Below, piece after piece: positions 12,321-25,892 of a stretch of DNA of 64,000 nucleotides. The DNA comes from Penicillus capitatus (Eukaryota; Plantae; Chlorophyta). Below the pieces are notes generated by a model. That model was not told the origin of the DNA. It saw only the letters and a list, made by a program, of their open reading frames with translations, and did not search any database. The stretch is taken from positions 574,890 through 638,889 of the forward strand of contig OZ287705.1 in assembly GCA_965649825.1 (NCBI GenBank), read 5' to 3'. The first letter of the stretch is position 1. Each line of letters opens with the position of its first letter. The translations under genes were made by a program, and so were the position numbers.

Positions 12321-14037
12321 ATGAAGCTGGTTGCCTTCAGCTTGTGGCTCTGCCTTCTGCTCCTTGGTCCGCGCCCGTCAACAAGCAGCCGCGGTACCGT
12401 CGTCCATGCATCTGTGTCGACGGTGATGCCTTGCTGCGCCGCAGACTTCCCTCACGACGACGCGTCCGTCGACTCCTTCCCGTTAAGATTCTCGGTAAGG
12501 CTCCTGTTGCTCTGCGATTTTACTAAATGGCGGCTCCGATGGGCCGCCTACAGAACATTGACGGAACGCGCCACGGAGGTAACGAGACACGTGTTTGCTG
12601 TTGCGCGCATGCTCGGTCGTCGTGCTTCGTAGGAATCGACAACTCCGAAGCCTCGGACCAGAAGTTCAAACAAGTAAACAAACGACGTACACTAACCCGC
12701 AGCGGAAACTGGCGTCATGGTTTTGTGCAGAGCGGCGAAGTTACTCGGAAGCCTTACCAGGTAGAGTGCTGCGTCAACAACGCGACGCGACGAAACGCTG
12801 TTACTGTGTAAGAGCGCACATGATCAAGGAAAAGCCAATTGGACTGTCGTTATTAACGGATGGCTTTCAGTGGACGACGGAGGGACTCCCCTTCATGAGG
12901 CAGCTAGGAGTGGGGATGTACAACACGTGAAGGTGTGGATAACTCTACTCGAATTCTTAAGTTGGACATCTCCGAACGCAGGATCTTCTTGTCCAAGGCG
13001 CGGATATCAAGGCCAAGGACAAAGGTGGACGGACTCCGCTTCACGCAGCTGCAGAGTTTGGAGATGTCGAAATCATAAAGGTCAACCCTTGCAACTTTTC
13101 CCTTCTCGCCGGAATAACGACTGTCGGCGTAGATCCTCCTTAAGGAAGGCGCAGACATTGAGGCGAAGGATAATGCGGGATGGACTCCGCTTTATATTGC
13201 AGCACTGTACGAAAGCGTCGAATCTCTAAAGGTCTGCGGTCTGCTAACGCAGTCCCTTGCCGTCCCGTGACGAACAGTCATCGGTGCAGATTCTCCTTCA
13301 AGAAGGCGCAGACGTTGAGGCGAAGGATAAGGAAGAAAGGACTCCGCTTCATTGGGTAGCACTGTACGGAAACATCGAACCAGCAAAAGTTCTTAGATGC
13401 AGCATTCGCTTTCTCACGAGAGTAATGACCGTCGGCGTAGCTTCTCATTCAAGGAGGCGCCGATACGGAGGCGAAGGATATATTCGGATGGACCCCGCTT
13501 CATATTGCAGCGCTGTTCGAAATGGTCGAATCTCTAAAGGTCTGCTAACGCAGTCCTTTACCGTCCCGTGACGAACAGTCACCGGAGTAGATTCTCCTTC
13601 AAGAAGGTGCAGATATTGAGGCGAAGGATGTTGCTGGAATGACGCCGCTTCATGTGGCAGTAGAGGTCGGCAAAACGGGCATCGCAAAGGTCCGTCGTTG
13701 CAACATTCGCCGTCTCGCGAGAATATCGACCATCTGCGTAGATCCTCCTCAAAGAAGGCGCAGAGGTCGATGCGACGGACAATTGGCGACAGACTCCACT
13801 TCATCATGCAGCAAGGAAAGGATTTCTTGAAATCGCAACTGTACGCCGCAGATTTTCTCTGATCCTGGATGTCGTTGTCCTATGCCACAGGTACTGCTTG
13901 GTGGCGGCGCATCTAAGTCGGTTAAGAACATAGACGGTCATACTCCTTACGACATCATATGTTTTACGAGATCTTGTTCTGACAGTACTCGCTCCGAACT
14001 CGAGTCCTTGTTGTCTCCCTCTACGAAGGGTGCATGA
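12321..14037 (+). CDS. G2: signal-peptide ankyrin-repeat protein, probably secreted (6 internal repeat exons plus caps)
   Basis: MKLVAFSLWLCLLLLGPRPSTSSR and the same exon skeleton as G1. Repeats of the form ILLQEGADVEAKDKEERTPLH. Stop TGA at 14035-14037. Confidence 0.85.
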
Positions 14038-15399
14038 TTTATGGCGCTTCTGTCATGCACATCCTGTCGTTTTTGTCCTTGGTCTGTCATCTAGATGCCA
14101 GATATGATCTAGTGCTTTATGTCGATGGTGCTTTACCTAAAGCTCCATCTCAACGTGCAACTCTGAAAGAAGGTGTTTAATGATTGAAGTGCTTTGAGCG
14201 AACGAAGCATCCTTACGCGAATCTCGCGTTAAGTACGGAAAACTGCTCCTGGCTTGCCAGATTACTCTTGTGATTGTGTGTACGGCAGCGTTTCCGCTGG
14301 CTTTTCTGGACGCGGTGCGTCTGAAGCAGACGTCCCTTGGCGCTCACGTCTGGACTCTTTGCATCCGATTAGTCCTTTGCATCTAGGAAGACTGCAGATC
14401 GATCAACGATGACAGGTGACATTCTCAGACGCCTAATGTTCTTACTGGTCTGCGAGTCGAAGGTGGTGACGTCAGGGTGGCGAACGCGTTTACGGAGTCG
14501 CCGTTTTGTGTGACGGCGGAAAAGGACAGAAGGGACTCGCAGCCGCCTTTGTTTACAACAGCATCGACGCGAAGCGCCTATCTATCACCTAGGTCGAACA
14601 AAACGCACATTTGCCTGTCGACGATCCGCTGGTTTGTGGTCTTATCGTTGTGCAAGAGAGAGATGCCTTGGATCTCCATGCTGCTGGTGACACGGGTCGG
14701 CTCACCTCATTCCAGATAGTCTGGCTGCTTTTCGCCAAAACGGCGATCTGCGTGACGATAGTGGTGTGCTCTGTCTTCCCGTCATCACGCCTGCGGACGC
14801 GTACCTTCTGTGTATCAATTTCGCTGTAGCTGCTGGAAGGATTCGTTCAGTGAACGCTGGTTTATCCGATGTCTCTTCTGTACGGTGTCTCTTGCTGTGA
14901 GCGAGGGATCAAGACAATAGAGATGTAATGGAAGCAGTTCTTTGTGGATTTCTATCGTCTCTCGAAGAGCGATGCGTTTGTTCAGCCATTTCGGTTTCTC
15001 TGTCTGAACAGCAATACACACCGTACGACAATGTTAAACGGGTCACATCGTAGCCGACTGTCGTGCACACGTTGTCCTTGTCACTGACAGCGACAGCTGC
15101 TGGAACTTCTAAAATGGCCAAACGACGGTCTCTCTGGATCCACAGCTGTCGGACACAGCTTGTGACTACCGCTTTACTAGTAAGTCCATAAGAAATCGCA
15201 CAATGGTAGACATACCTGCGATATCCAATTCGACGAAGTTGCCCTCTCGAAGACACGACCACTTCGAGTGGCGCGATATCGTCGTGGGGTCGAATAGAAA
15301 GTGAGGCGATTAAATCCTGCTCTTTTCCACATTACTCAGGAGTCCAAACATTCGTATCCACTTCGACCCGGATGCGCACAACGCCATTTCCCGGTGCCA

Positions 15400-16640
15400 T
15401 CAGATCTTGGACCGTATTGGATAAAACGGATGGTTGGTCGTGTCAAAGCTCAGCGATGGACCGTTGGTTGTGTCAATGCTCATCGATGGTCCGTGAATGA
15501 CGCAGCACGCCGTGACTGTCAGAAGAACGGTGATCAGAACAACGAAACCAATAGAACCGATGATCAGTGCCATGCGCCACCATGGGCGGTGCTTGCCATC
15601 GTCGTTACTGCGATCCTCTTCAGAATTCGACGTGGAGTCGGCCACAGATCTCTCGTTTCCGGAATCCTCCTCGTCCACAAAGAGATACACGAGGTCGTAT
15701 GGGATGCTCCCCGACCTGTCATTTACATTCTCGGACGCGCCGTGATCGAGCAGAATCTGCCAATGCATCTCGCGTCCCTTGACTGTAAAGCAGACTGAAC
15801 GCCTCACCTGAATAACCTCCACGCATCCTGCGGCGGCTGCAAGGTGCAGTGGCGTCATGCCCTTGTCGTTTTTCGCTTCGACGTTGGCTCCTTTGTCGAG
15901 CAGAATCTGCCAATGCATCTCGCGTCCCTTGACTGTAAAACAATCTGAGCGCCTTACCTGAATAACCTCCACGCATCCTGTGGCGGCTGCAAGGTGCAAC
16001 GGAGTCATGCCCTGCTCGTCTTTCGCTTCGATGTTCGCTCCTTCGTCGAGCAGAACCTGCAACCGCGGTGACAAGCGACAGCGATCACACATCGGCGTTT
16101 GCTTTCACGGTCTGCGCTCTCGCTTCGACAGTCGCCGCGCTTCCTTCTGAGGGAATCGACACTGCGCAGTGGAGTGCTGTGAAACCGTTCTCTTCTGTCT
16201 CGTCGATGTCCGCGCCCCGATCGAGAAGACGCTGCGCAGAAGAGCATCGCCAGCGAACCTTCTCCCGTATGTTACTTAACGCACCTTCACGCGGTCTGCT
16301 CTTCCCAGTGCGGCTGCCACATGAAGTGGTTTCGTTGCGAAGACCGAAGCCTTACGGTAGTCAGAGTTGTGCTCGAGCTGCAACTGCGTCGGCAGCCTCT
16401 GTCGACGCGCTCGGTCTACGGTTGTTTGTTTCACCTGTTCAGCGTTGTCGTCGTTTCTCTTGGCGGCTGCGATGTGCAAGCGACTGTCCCCAGCGTTCCC
16501 TTCCGCTGACAGCTGGGCACCTTCGCGCAACGACAAGCTCGACTGAGGGACGACATGGTTTAACCGACACGACCATGACTGCCGAGTGTCGAGCGTGGAA
16601 GAAGGAAACAGAGCCAAGCGCAAAGAACAGCGCGTTTCAT
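15400..16640 (-). CDS. G3: type I membrane ankyrin-repeat protein (signal peptide, about 4-5 repeats, TM, short tail)
   Basis: MKRAVLCAWLCFLLPRSTLGSHG; repeats such as VLLDEGANIEAKDEQGMTPLHLAAATGCVEVIQ; acidic linker; TM WWRMALIIGSIGFVVLITVLLTVTACCVI. Confidence 0.8.
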
Positions 16641-17039
16641 GTTTCCGCGAGTGCAGACGCCAGAGACACCGCAAGGGCCAAACTCCGTTTCACTGGTTCG
16701 ATTGCGAAGTTCAAATGAAAACCGAGACTCCGTTGCGAGATTGAAATTGCGGGCTGTCCGAGATGTCGTGCAGATGTACGGACAACAACAGGCGATCCTT
16801 CGCCACATTCGAGGAGAGTGTTCCCGAGAGGAAACCTCGGGCGTCCGTTTCTCGTACGGCCAGAGCGCTGAAAAGAGAGCAGACAGCGACCCGTGCTGCA
16901 TGAAGCTCCGTCCAGCCGCGAGTACTTCTTTTCGCAGTGGGGCGACCTTTCGCGTTCCGACAGTGACATGGGCATCATTCACCTACACGCGAGAGGTGAC
17001 CTTGTCTTCGGAGCCAGTGCGCTCAGCTGCTGCTAAAGA

Positions 17040-17548
17040 GAACTGTCCGTCGTCGTCGAGACGAAACGGTCGTCTCTGCGAGACGGAGACCACATCGAAT
17101 GGTCTATCCAAATGGACCACTCGGCGGCTCAGTTCGAAGCCGTTACCTTTGCCCGAGAGCTCATCGAGGCCGAACGTTTCCAACGCAACGTCGACGCTAC
17201 GGACGCCAACGGCGACACGCCTTTGCATACGACAAGCCGCTTCTGCCAATCGCCCATGAACGCCGTATGTCTATTCCGTACATCAACATCTGTAGACTGC
17301 CGCGGGGTGCTGTTTTGCAGCTCTTCCTGAATTCTGTTGCCGATACGACGATCGAAAACGACGATAGCTTGACGCCCCTGTGCTTGGGTGCAAAGACAGA
17401 CGATCCCAATTGCGGAGGCTTCGTCAATCAGTACATCGATATTGGCGGCGTCGACATCAGCGATCGATGCAATGGTCTTCTGCCCAAAGAATTGGCCGAT
17501 CAGTTCGGAAACGAAAACGTCGAGGATGTGCGTCCACTTCCCTCTTGA
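17040..17548 (+). CDS. Short divergent ankyrin-repeat gene or fragment, head-to-head with G3
   Basis: NVDATDANGDTPLH, a GT-AG intron at about 17263-17318, then DTTIENDDSLTPLCLGA. 5' end unresolved. Confidence 0.5.
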
Positions 17549-20479
17549 CAGGCACATGCCTTGATCACAATGTCTGCCGACCAGATCCTTTTTCAGAGAG
17601 AGTATGGTGGCTGGGATGGCCGCTGCAGTTCGTCGAGTGTTTTTAGTGGATATAGAGGATGAATGGTTGATGTGTGACCATCAAGACGCAAGGGAATAAT
17701 AATGACAGGCCGCATTGGTCTGTCACGCGTTGCACGATATCCACTTTTTTCCTTTTTCTGTGTTGGGTGCGAAGGATTCTTGTCCGTCGTGATGTTGTTT
17801 TGCAGCAGCGTTGCGATCGGATACTGGCAAGGCATTGCCCGTTTAAACGGTCATCGCAACAGCTCCCTTATGTAACGAACTCCGAACGAAAAGCTGTCAT
17901 GCCATCGAAAAAGAAAACGACTGCTTTACCAGAGACCGTCACGCCACTCGCAGACAGAGTTCCCACTGATAGAATTAGACGATTCGCGAAATGGCCATCG
18001 ATAATGTTACGATCTCCGGCATTCATCGCTGCTTTTGCTTCTTCCATTTGCACGACGATGATCGTCCTACAGCCACCACTCACACAATGACAAAGAGCAT
18101 AGAACTCTACCCTTGTCTTCTCTGGCGGCGGGTGAATACTGTAAGAAACTGTCTTCTTCATCTTACAATACCGTCTCGGTCAATTCGCTCCTCGATATAC
18201 AATCATGTCGTGACCGTGCCTTATCCTGTGCCTCACACACATTGCTTGTCTTGCAGCTGACCACCGCCTCCGAAGACATGAACAGCTTGCCCACGACGCG
18301 CTCATCATCTCCCGAATGATACACATGCAATAGTGTTTTCAATAGAGTCGGTTTAAGTGCCAGATCGCACTTCTGCCGAGGACACCACTACCGCAGACTT
18401 CTTTCTCTAGTCGAGAAAGGACAGGCCTTTTTCCATGTCTCTTATCGATGTCCAGTCACGCATCAATGAAACAACTGATGCCGTCGCGAAAGAGATCTGG
18501 ATGCAGTGTTTCTGAACCTGTTGGTTCCGAGCTTGCGCACAGTTCTCAGGGTGACCCCAGAAGGTTTGTCGTTGTAAGGACTGCCCAGCCTTCTTCCGTC
18601 TGAAGACACCTAAGAGACCAAAACGTTCCCTTTGGATTCTATCCGGAATCCGAGACGACGTTAGATTCGCCTTCCTTCCTCGCATTCATCACTGTACGGC
18701 TAACGAAACGTCGTCCGACACACGTTGACGCCTTGATGGATGATCCTATCCGTCTTGTGCTCTTCTGGGAACACCTCTTCGTATTATTCTGCGAAGCCGT
18801 GGTTCGGAGAGGACCTTGAAGTTTCAGCCGTCTCCTGTGCGCGATGCCGGCGGTGTGCTTCTTTCATTGCACTGACGAAGTCGTCTTGGTTGTCCACTGC
18901 TTCCGTCGCATCTCAAGAGACCGCCAAGGACAAGACTGGATGACGTAACGCCATCGAGCCGAATCTGATTGGCGTTCTGGCGTGGACGCGACGAACACGT
19001 CGACCAATCTTCTGCGAAATAATGCTCCATTGCACGATGATCACCGAACCCTCAAGCATACACAAAATACGCAAAAAATCGTGTCAGTCCTGTTCACTAC
19101 GCATCTCGAGGCAGTCCGAGTTGGCCAGAGATTTGCAGAACGATGTCAAACGCGACAGTTTGTGAAAAGGAACTTCAAAAGGCTGTATTCTGACATGATG
19201 CAGAAGCGCATTTCTTCTTTCCTGTTCCGCCAGCAACAAATCCACTGTTCAGCTCCAGAACTGAGGACCGTGACACCGTGAAATGCACAATTTGAGTCCC
19301 CGCCGTTTCAAAAGTCGATCTGTCGAGAGCCAAGTGGGGCGCAGTGATTCCGTCTGCACCTCCGCCAAAGGCATAAGCAACGCTGCAGCAATGATGCGTC
19401 TGGTATGGGCCAATTCTGATCCGGAACGAAACGGGGACGAGCCGGCTACGTTCTATTAAGGTGTCGGAGACCCCCAGTCCTTCTGCCTCGGAGGCAATCC
19501 ATTTCGACGCTTCAAGTGACCAGTAGTTACCCGGATTCGGAGATCCGTATCCGAGAAGGCAACAGTCGCATGCTTCCGTCGACGTTCTTCTCCTCTTCGG
19601 GAGTTGCTCAACGTCACGGCAGCCGAAATGCGACAGTCGTGTTGAAGGGCTCTCTCCAAAACAGCACATTCATGCCACCTGTCATATGCCAGACCGCACA
19701 CGCAAGAGGCAAAGGAAACACAGTGGCGCGGACGGAAGGGCCGCAGATACAGAACGAACGCCTACCTCTCCGCGGCGACATGTCACCGGCTACCCACGAC
19801 GGAGCGGAAGGTATTCGTCTGACAAGATTGAGATGACCCTTGAGTCAGTCACCTCTCCTGCAGTCAACAGAGTGCCAGTCATCCCATTGAGGCCTCGGCT
19901 GGAGAGTCCAAGTGTGACCGTAAGTGATTTTCTGATAGCAGTCGAAGGACAGCGCGTTTCTGCATGTATCTTGCACAGCGTGGGACTGTAGGCACTCTGC
20001 CAGAAGTGTGCTTGCCACAGGTGCCTCCACGCGGAGCTCCGAGATGCAGTTCGATCTTCTCTGTCCACCCTCAGCAGAATGAAGCTGCATCTTCGACAGT
20101 TGTCAGCCCATACGTACAGTCTCAGAAGAGCTCTCGACAGAGAAGGATGATACGACAGCAGTCCTGTCAAGAGATGTTTCCGAGGAGAACAGCGCCTAGG
20201 AGATTGATTGCCAGGGAAGGGCATTCAATCGAAATGACAAGTCATTCTCGAGAGAAAGGCCGAAAACGACAGGCAGTCAGTACTTGAAGGCTCTATACTA
20301 GTGCTGCCGGGAGAGAGGTGTGCTCAATCGCACGATGACGGAGTTGCCATGATGGCAGCGAGACGGCGTCGTTAGCAGGGATGGCGAAGCCAAACAGCAA
20401 GAGGCTTGATTTGATCAGTCTATCAAAATTGCGTCACATCACAGCATAAAGACTCAAGTGTCGTACACTAAACGACAGT

Positions 20480-21760
20480 GTAATCATGATGCTCTTCCTT
20501 GTGGTTCAAGCGCCATTGGCTGTCCAAGGTCCTGTACTATATCCACGACCGCCATATCATCGTCTTCTTCAACTACAGCGATCCAGGTGTCGAGCAGTTT
20601 CCACTTCTGAGGAACGCTTGGAGAAGGACGATGTTGAAACGCTCTGCAATATGGACGCACAACTGACAGACAAGACTGACTGTTTGCAGTAAGAGTTTGG
20701 AGAGACGGATGGACAGTCGACGGCGACGCGATGACCTGCAGACTTACGGTTCGTGAGACAGAATGAGGCTCAGGCAGATCTAGACCTTTGACAGGAGCGA
20801 GTAGGTGGATTAACAGGCAGCCATTTCCTTCATCATAACACCCAGCAGACTACGATCATCCGCGGAGCATCTCGCGTCTTTCCTCCCGGAAGGTATTAGG
20901 ATGACGCAACTCAGGCACGTGGCGCAGTTTCGGTGTTGTGCTCAGTGTCTGTCATCTGCCGTCACCCCAGCGGCAAAGAACTCTTCAAGACGCGATCCTC
21001 GATGACTTCATCCTTGGAGACATCGTACGTAAGGCCAGCAAACGAACAGGCGACAATCACAGAGTGCATTCCACGGCACACTGCTTGAATTCTGGACGTC
21101 TGGTTTGCCCCTGACTAATGCAGAACCTCTTGCACCTCTGCCAGCTCTTACACAGTATCTCTCGCCTGAGCAAAGCACAGAATCACTTGTCTCTCTCCCT
21201 CCACAGCAGACAGCAGTTTGATGGATGTCATCACGGACGACAAATAGACAGCAGTGCTAGAATGACAGATATTGGTTGTTGTACTTAGAAAAACGACTCC
21301 TGTCGACGTGTGAAAGCCGCAGCCAGATTCACATCATTAGCAAACTTCGCTGTACAAAGCCGCCCTTCCTCATAAAGTGCCTCCTGCACTACGTGGATGA
21401 CTTGATTTCACATCAAGGTTGCAATCGCATCCCTTCCTGTCCACATCGCTTGATACACAGATTCCCGAATGAAGAGCGTTTCGTACAGGTAATCTAAGAT
21501 GAATGTCGACATGGCATATCAGAACAGAAAGCACTAGGCACGTCGCGTATACGACTCGCCACAGAAGCTAAGTGGAGAACCAGTTCATGTTCAGCTGGCA
21601 GCAGGATGACCCTTTAAATGTCCATTCGGACAGTCCATTCGATGTTCGCCTCCGTTGCGCAGAGACGATCTTTTCGCCAGGACGACGACGCGAAGTCTTC
21701 CCTGGCTGTCGTCGCCTGCGACAGTCTCGACAGGTAAGAGATCGCTTGCACGTAAGCGAA
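20480..21760 (+). pseudogene. Decayed gene segment, paralogous to 55990-57300
   Basis: FKRHWLS...LCNMDAQLTDKTDCLQ aligns with FKRHWLS...LCHMDAQVADKTDCLQ, with synonymous changes and a shared donor caggtaatctaagat; multiple stops. Confidence 0.45.
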
Positions 21761-22096
21761 TGATGCCCATGTCGCAGTCAGACGACGAACTGCGCACAGT
21801 CGGCGGTTGCACGTTCGAGCGACAGCAAAGTGTTTAGGCAAGCCAGGACAACGGCTGGTTTCGTTTTCGCTGTACGGCTCCCCAGAAACCGGACGCCCGA
21901 GGCTTGCTGCCGTCAGGCTCGTTCCGCAAATAGCCTTGAAGGAATGCAGGCGATGTCCTGTAGATTCGCATGACAGCGCGGACAGCCTACAAATTCAATT
22001 CTTGAATCTGAATCGTCGCGTGTGCTTTGTTCCAAACCTCGCGTTTCAACACGACTGAAAGATTCTTCGCAGTGCCTCTGACGCTCGCGCAAAAAC

Positions 22097-23920
22097 ATGA
22101 AGTGCACCGTTCTACACACGTGCCTCTGCCTTCTGCTCTTTGCGCCGCGCAAGTCGACGGGCAGCCGCGGTACCGTCGTCGGTCATGCATCTGTGTCGAC
22201 GGCGATGTCTTCTGCTGAGCAGACTTCTTTACAGACGACGCGTTCGCCAACTCCGTCTTCTCCAGACCCGAGGTAGGACTCGCGCTGTACTGGCATCTTG
22301 ACTAAACGGCGGCTCCGATGCCCATCCTCAGAGCGGCGACTATGCGCGTCGGGGTAACAAGGCCCTCATGTGTTGTTCCTTGTGCGCGCAGCTGTCTTGA
22401 TTCCAGGAACGAAACACAAAGAAGCTGCAGACGTAAAGATCCGAAGAACGACTGAGGTGCGGTTAGCGTCGTCGAGAAACCAGCGCGATGTTCTTGTGCA
22501 GGGAGAAACCGGAATTCAGAAAACCTACCACGTAGAATAGAGCGTCTATAACACAACGCCTCAGATCTTTTTTACTGACATAGGGCGCCCTTGGGCAAAG
22601 AACAGGCAATAAGGCTGTCGGAATCGACTGGCAGGCTCGACTTCATAAGAGGGCTGCGGATGGAAGTAATGGACTCGAGAAGGTGTGTGCAAACCAAATC
22701 AGATTGCCGTGGTGACAACTGTGGACACAGTTTCACCTTTACCCGCTCGCAGACATCGAAGCTGCAGACAATAGCGGCTGGACTCCACTTCATCAAGCAG
22801 CAGCGACCGGAAATGTTGAAGCCATAAAGGTCCACCGGCTTAGTCTTTGCTGTGTCGTGCAAAACTCTCTACAACGAAGGTCCTTCTTGACCGCGGTGCG
22901 GATATCGATGCCAAGACAGATGACTACGGCTCGACTCCACTCCATCAAGCAGCAGGGCACGGAGAAGTTGAAGCCGTAAAGGTCCGTCGATGCAGTCTTT
23001 CACGTTTTCTGACGAATGGTCGACATCGAAGGTCCTGCTTGACCGTGGCGCGGATATCGAAGCCAAGACAGATGACTACAGCTCGACTCCACTCCATCAA
23101 GCAGCAGGGCACGGAGAAGTTGAAGCCGCAAAGGTCTGTCGACGCACTCGTCCATGTTTTCTGACGAATGGTCGACCTCGAAGGTTCTTCTTGACCGTGG
23201 TGCGAACATCGAGGCCAAAAGCTCAGACGGATCTACTCCACTTCATTTGGCAGCATATCATGACCAGGTTGGAATCGTAAAGGTCAGAAGACGCAGTCAT
23301 CAACCTTTTCTGACGAATGACCGACGTCGAAGGTTCTCCTTGACCGTGGTGCGAACATCGAAGCCAAAAACAAAGGAGAGACTACTCCACTTCATCAAGC
23401 AGCAATGGGAGGATGCGTCGACGTCATAAAGGTTTGTCAACGCAATCTTCGCCGTCTCGTGAAGAATGGTGGTCAACAAAGGTCCTCCTTGACCGTGGCG
23501 CGAATATCGAATCCAAAAACAAAGGAGAGACTACTCCACTTCATCAAGCAGTAGCGAAAAAACAGGTCGATGCCATAAAGGTTAGTCGACGCAATGTTCG
23601 CTGTCTATGAAGAATTGTCGTCTGTCGAAGGTCCTGCTTGACCGTGGCGCGAACATCGAAGCCAAAACCACGTACGGCGCTACTCCACTTCATTGGGCGG
23701 CAGATTACGGTGTGGTTGAAGTCGTAGAGGTACATCACAGAATCGTTCGAATCTTGGGTACAGTTGTCATATGGTACAGGTACTACTTGCTGGCGGTGCG
23801 TCCAAGTCGCCTAAAGACAACAGTGGTCGCACTCCATACGATCGCATATGCTATGTTGGTTTTGTTTCGTGCTCTAAGAGTACTCGAGCTAAGCTCGAGT
23901 TTCTCTTGTATCCTTATTAG
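22097..23920 (+). CDS. G4: signal-peptide ankyrin-repeat protein, probably secreted (7 repeat exons plus caps)
   Basis: MKCTVLHTCLCLLLFAPRKSTGSR; micro-exons; 99/102-nt exons VLLDRGA(D/N)IEAK...TPLH; last exon ends ...KLEFLLYPY* (TAG). Confidence 0.85.
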
Positions 23921-25892
23921 GAGAGTGCATGATTCATGGCGTCTCTATCATGCACATCCTGCTGTCTATTCTTGGTCTGTCATCTACATGCCAGACATGT
24001 TCTAGTGCCCCAATTCGATGGTGCTGTACATAAAGCTCCATCTCAACTTGCAACGCTGAACAGTGCTTAATGATTGAAGTTTGTTGTGCGACGCATCGTT
24101 ACGCGCGTTTCGCATCGGATGCGGCTGCTGTAGACAGACGACTCAGTTTTGGTAAAGAACTGTCGTGGCTGGATAATGGTCTTGTTTCTGCTGGCCTTTG
24201 AACGCGGTAAGGCACCCACGAACTAAGAGTCTGTTCACTCGTTGTTACTCTGTATCGCAAGACGACTCCTATCATGTGACGTCGTCAGGTGTGTTGCCTG
24301 GCGAGGGTGTCGTTATCTGTGCCGAAATGCGCGTCGAGCGGGATTAAAATTCCGCTGAAGACGACAAGAAGACCTGCGATGGCGAGAGAGTTTTTACTTG
24401 ATATCGCGATGCTGACAAAACATGACAGCGACGAACCGAACACGACACAAGCGGCAGTCGTCGACAGAATCTATGTCCTTGTCGCGTTGTATTGGCACCA
24501 AGCCATTTGGAATGCCTGTTGCCTCGCTGCCTCAATTGACCTGAGAATGGCACGGAAACGCATTCGGATCGAGGCGGCTCAATCGCTGTTTACTGAGCAG
24601 CCGGGACAGTGGCATAAAGGTCAGACCGTTTTGCGATGTGGCGTTGAATCTTTTGCGCCTGTACTCAGGCATCCTTTGCCTGTTGCGCGTTGTATTATCC
24701 TTCGCGCTGTAAGCGTCTTGGCAACGCGCCTGCGTGTTTCGTTTTTACATGATCGACATAAGAAGAGCGCTCGATGGCGGACGCGGGCAAAGAGATGCGC
24801 GCGATGTCGATTTAACAGGCACGTACAGAAAGGACTCGTGTCTCGGAAGGCCACAGAAATGCTGCAGTCTGTTGGTGCTTCTACTCTGCGCACGTCGCGA
24901 TGACGTTTGCGCCTCTCTCCAGCAACGCGGTCGGATATGAACGCTGTCTGGCGCCACGCACCTCAGACAGGAGAGCGCGTTTTCTCTGCACCAGACATGA
25001 ACTTGTAGTTCTTCTGCGCACGGTCCGCGCTGGCCGAACCAGACACCTACCTTACTTGCACATCCCTGTCAACGTTTTGCGCTTGACAGCGTCATTAGTC
25101 GTGCTATGTGCGTCTAATGCCAGCAGGTGATATGCTGTGCGAATCTCGGCAATCTGTTGAGGTCGTTGTACCTTTATGTCAAGCAGGAGGATCGACACGT
25201 TCTGAAGACGGTATTGTTTCCGCGAGGTTAGGAAAACAGTGCAATTCGCGCCACATTTATTCGCGGTGTATCGTTAAGTGGATGACGCAAAAGCACCGTC
25301 GACAGCACACAGATGTAACAAAGTTCGTAGAAACTGTGTAGCGTAGAGAGGGGCGCAGCGTCGCCCGCAAACTAGTCTTCTAGAGACGTTCGGAGTTGTC
25401 TAGCGTCACGGTGGATAAGTGTTGTCTATAGCCTCCTCCTCTGAACTCTGCGTCCTAGTGCGCTCTATGTCAGAGGTGATTACGATCACATCTCCTGCCT
25501 GTCGGCACAGACAACAAGACCTTTGCCAGGTACTCGTTTGACTTAATCCAATCACTGGAATGATCTTGCAATACAGAGTGGCCGATCAGATGAACACTGT
25601 CGTAACCTGTGCTAACTTACAGCGTCCAGAAGAGCCAACAGAAACAAAACCATATCATCTGAGAACAGATTTTCGCAAACACGCGGCAGTTTGTCGCACT
25701 CGATACGAGATGCGCGTAACTTTGCCTCGCACAGTAACACACTTTAATTATTAAACAATCTCATGCAAAGCTAACAGCTGGAGTGGTCACATAACAACAG
25801 GTACAATCGAATTAGAGATGTCTGGCACGTGGATAATAAACCAAGAATAGACAGCAGCAGGTGTATGCTAGAAATGTCATGGATCACGCGCT

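Noticed and set aside
17550-20400. Short ORFs between G3 and the decayed segment
   Set aside because: No recognisable domain, paralog or consistent exon model could be built.
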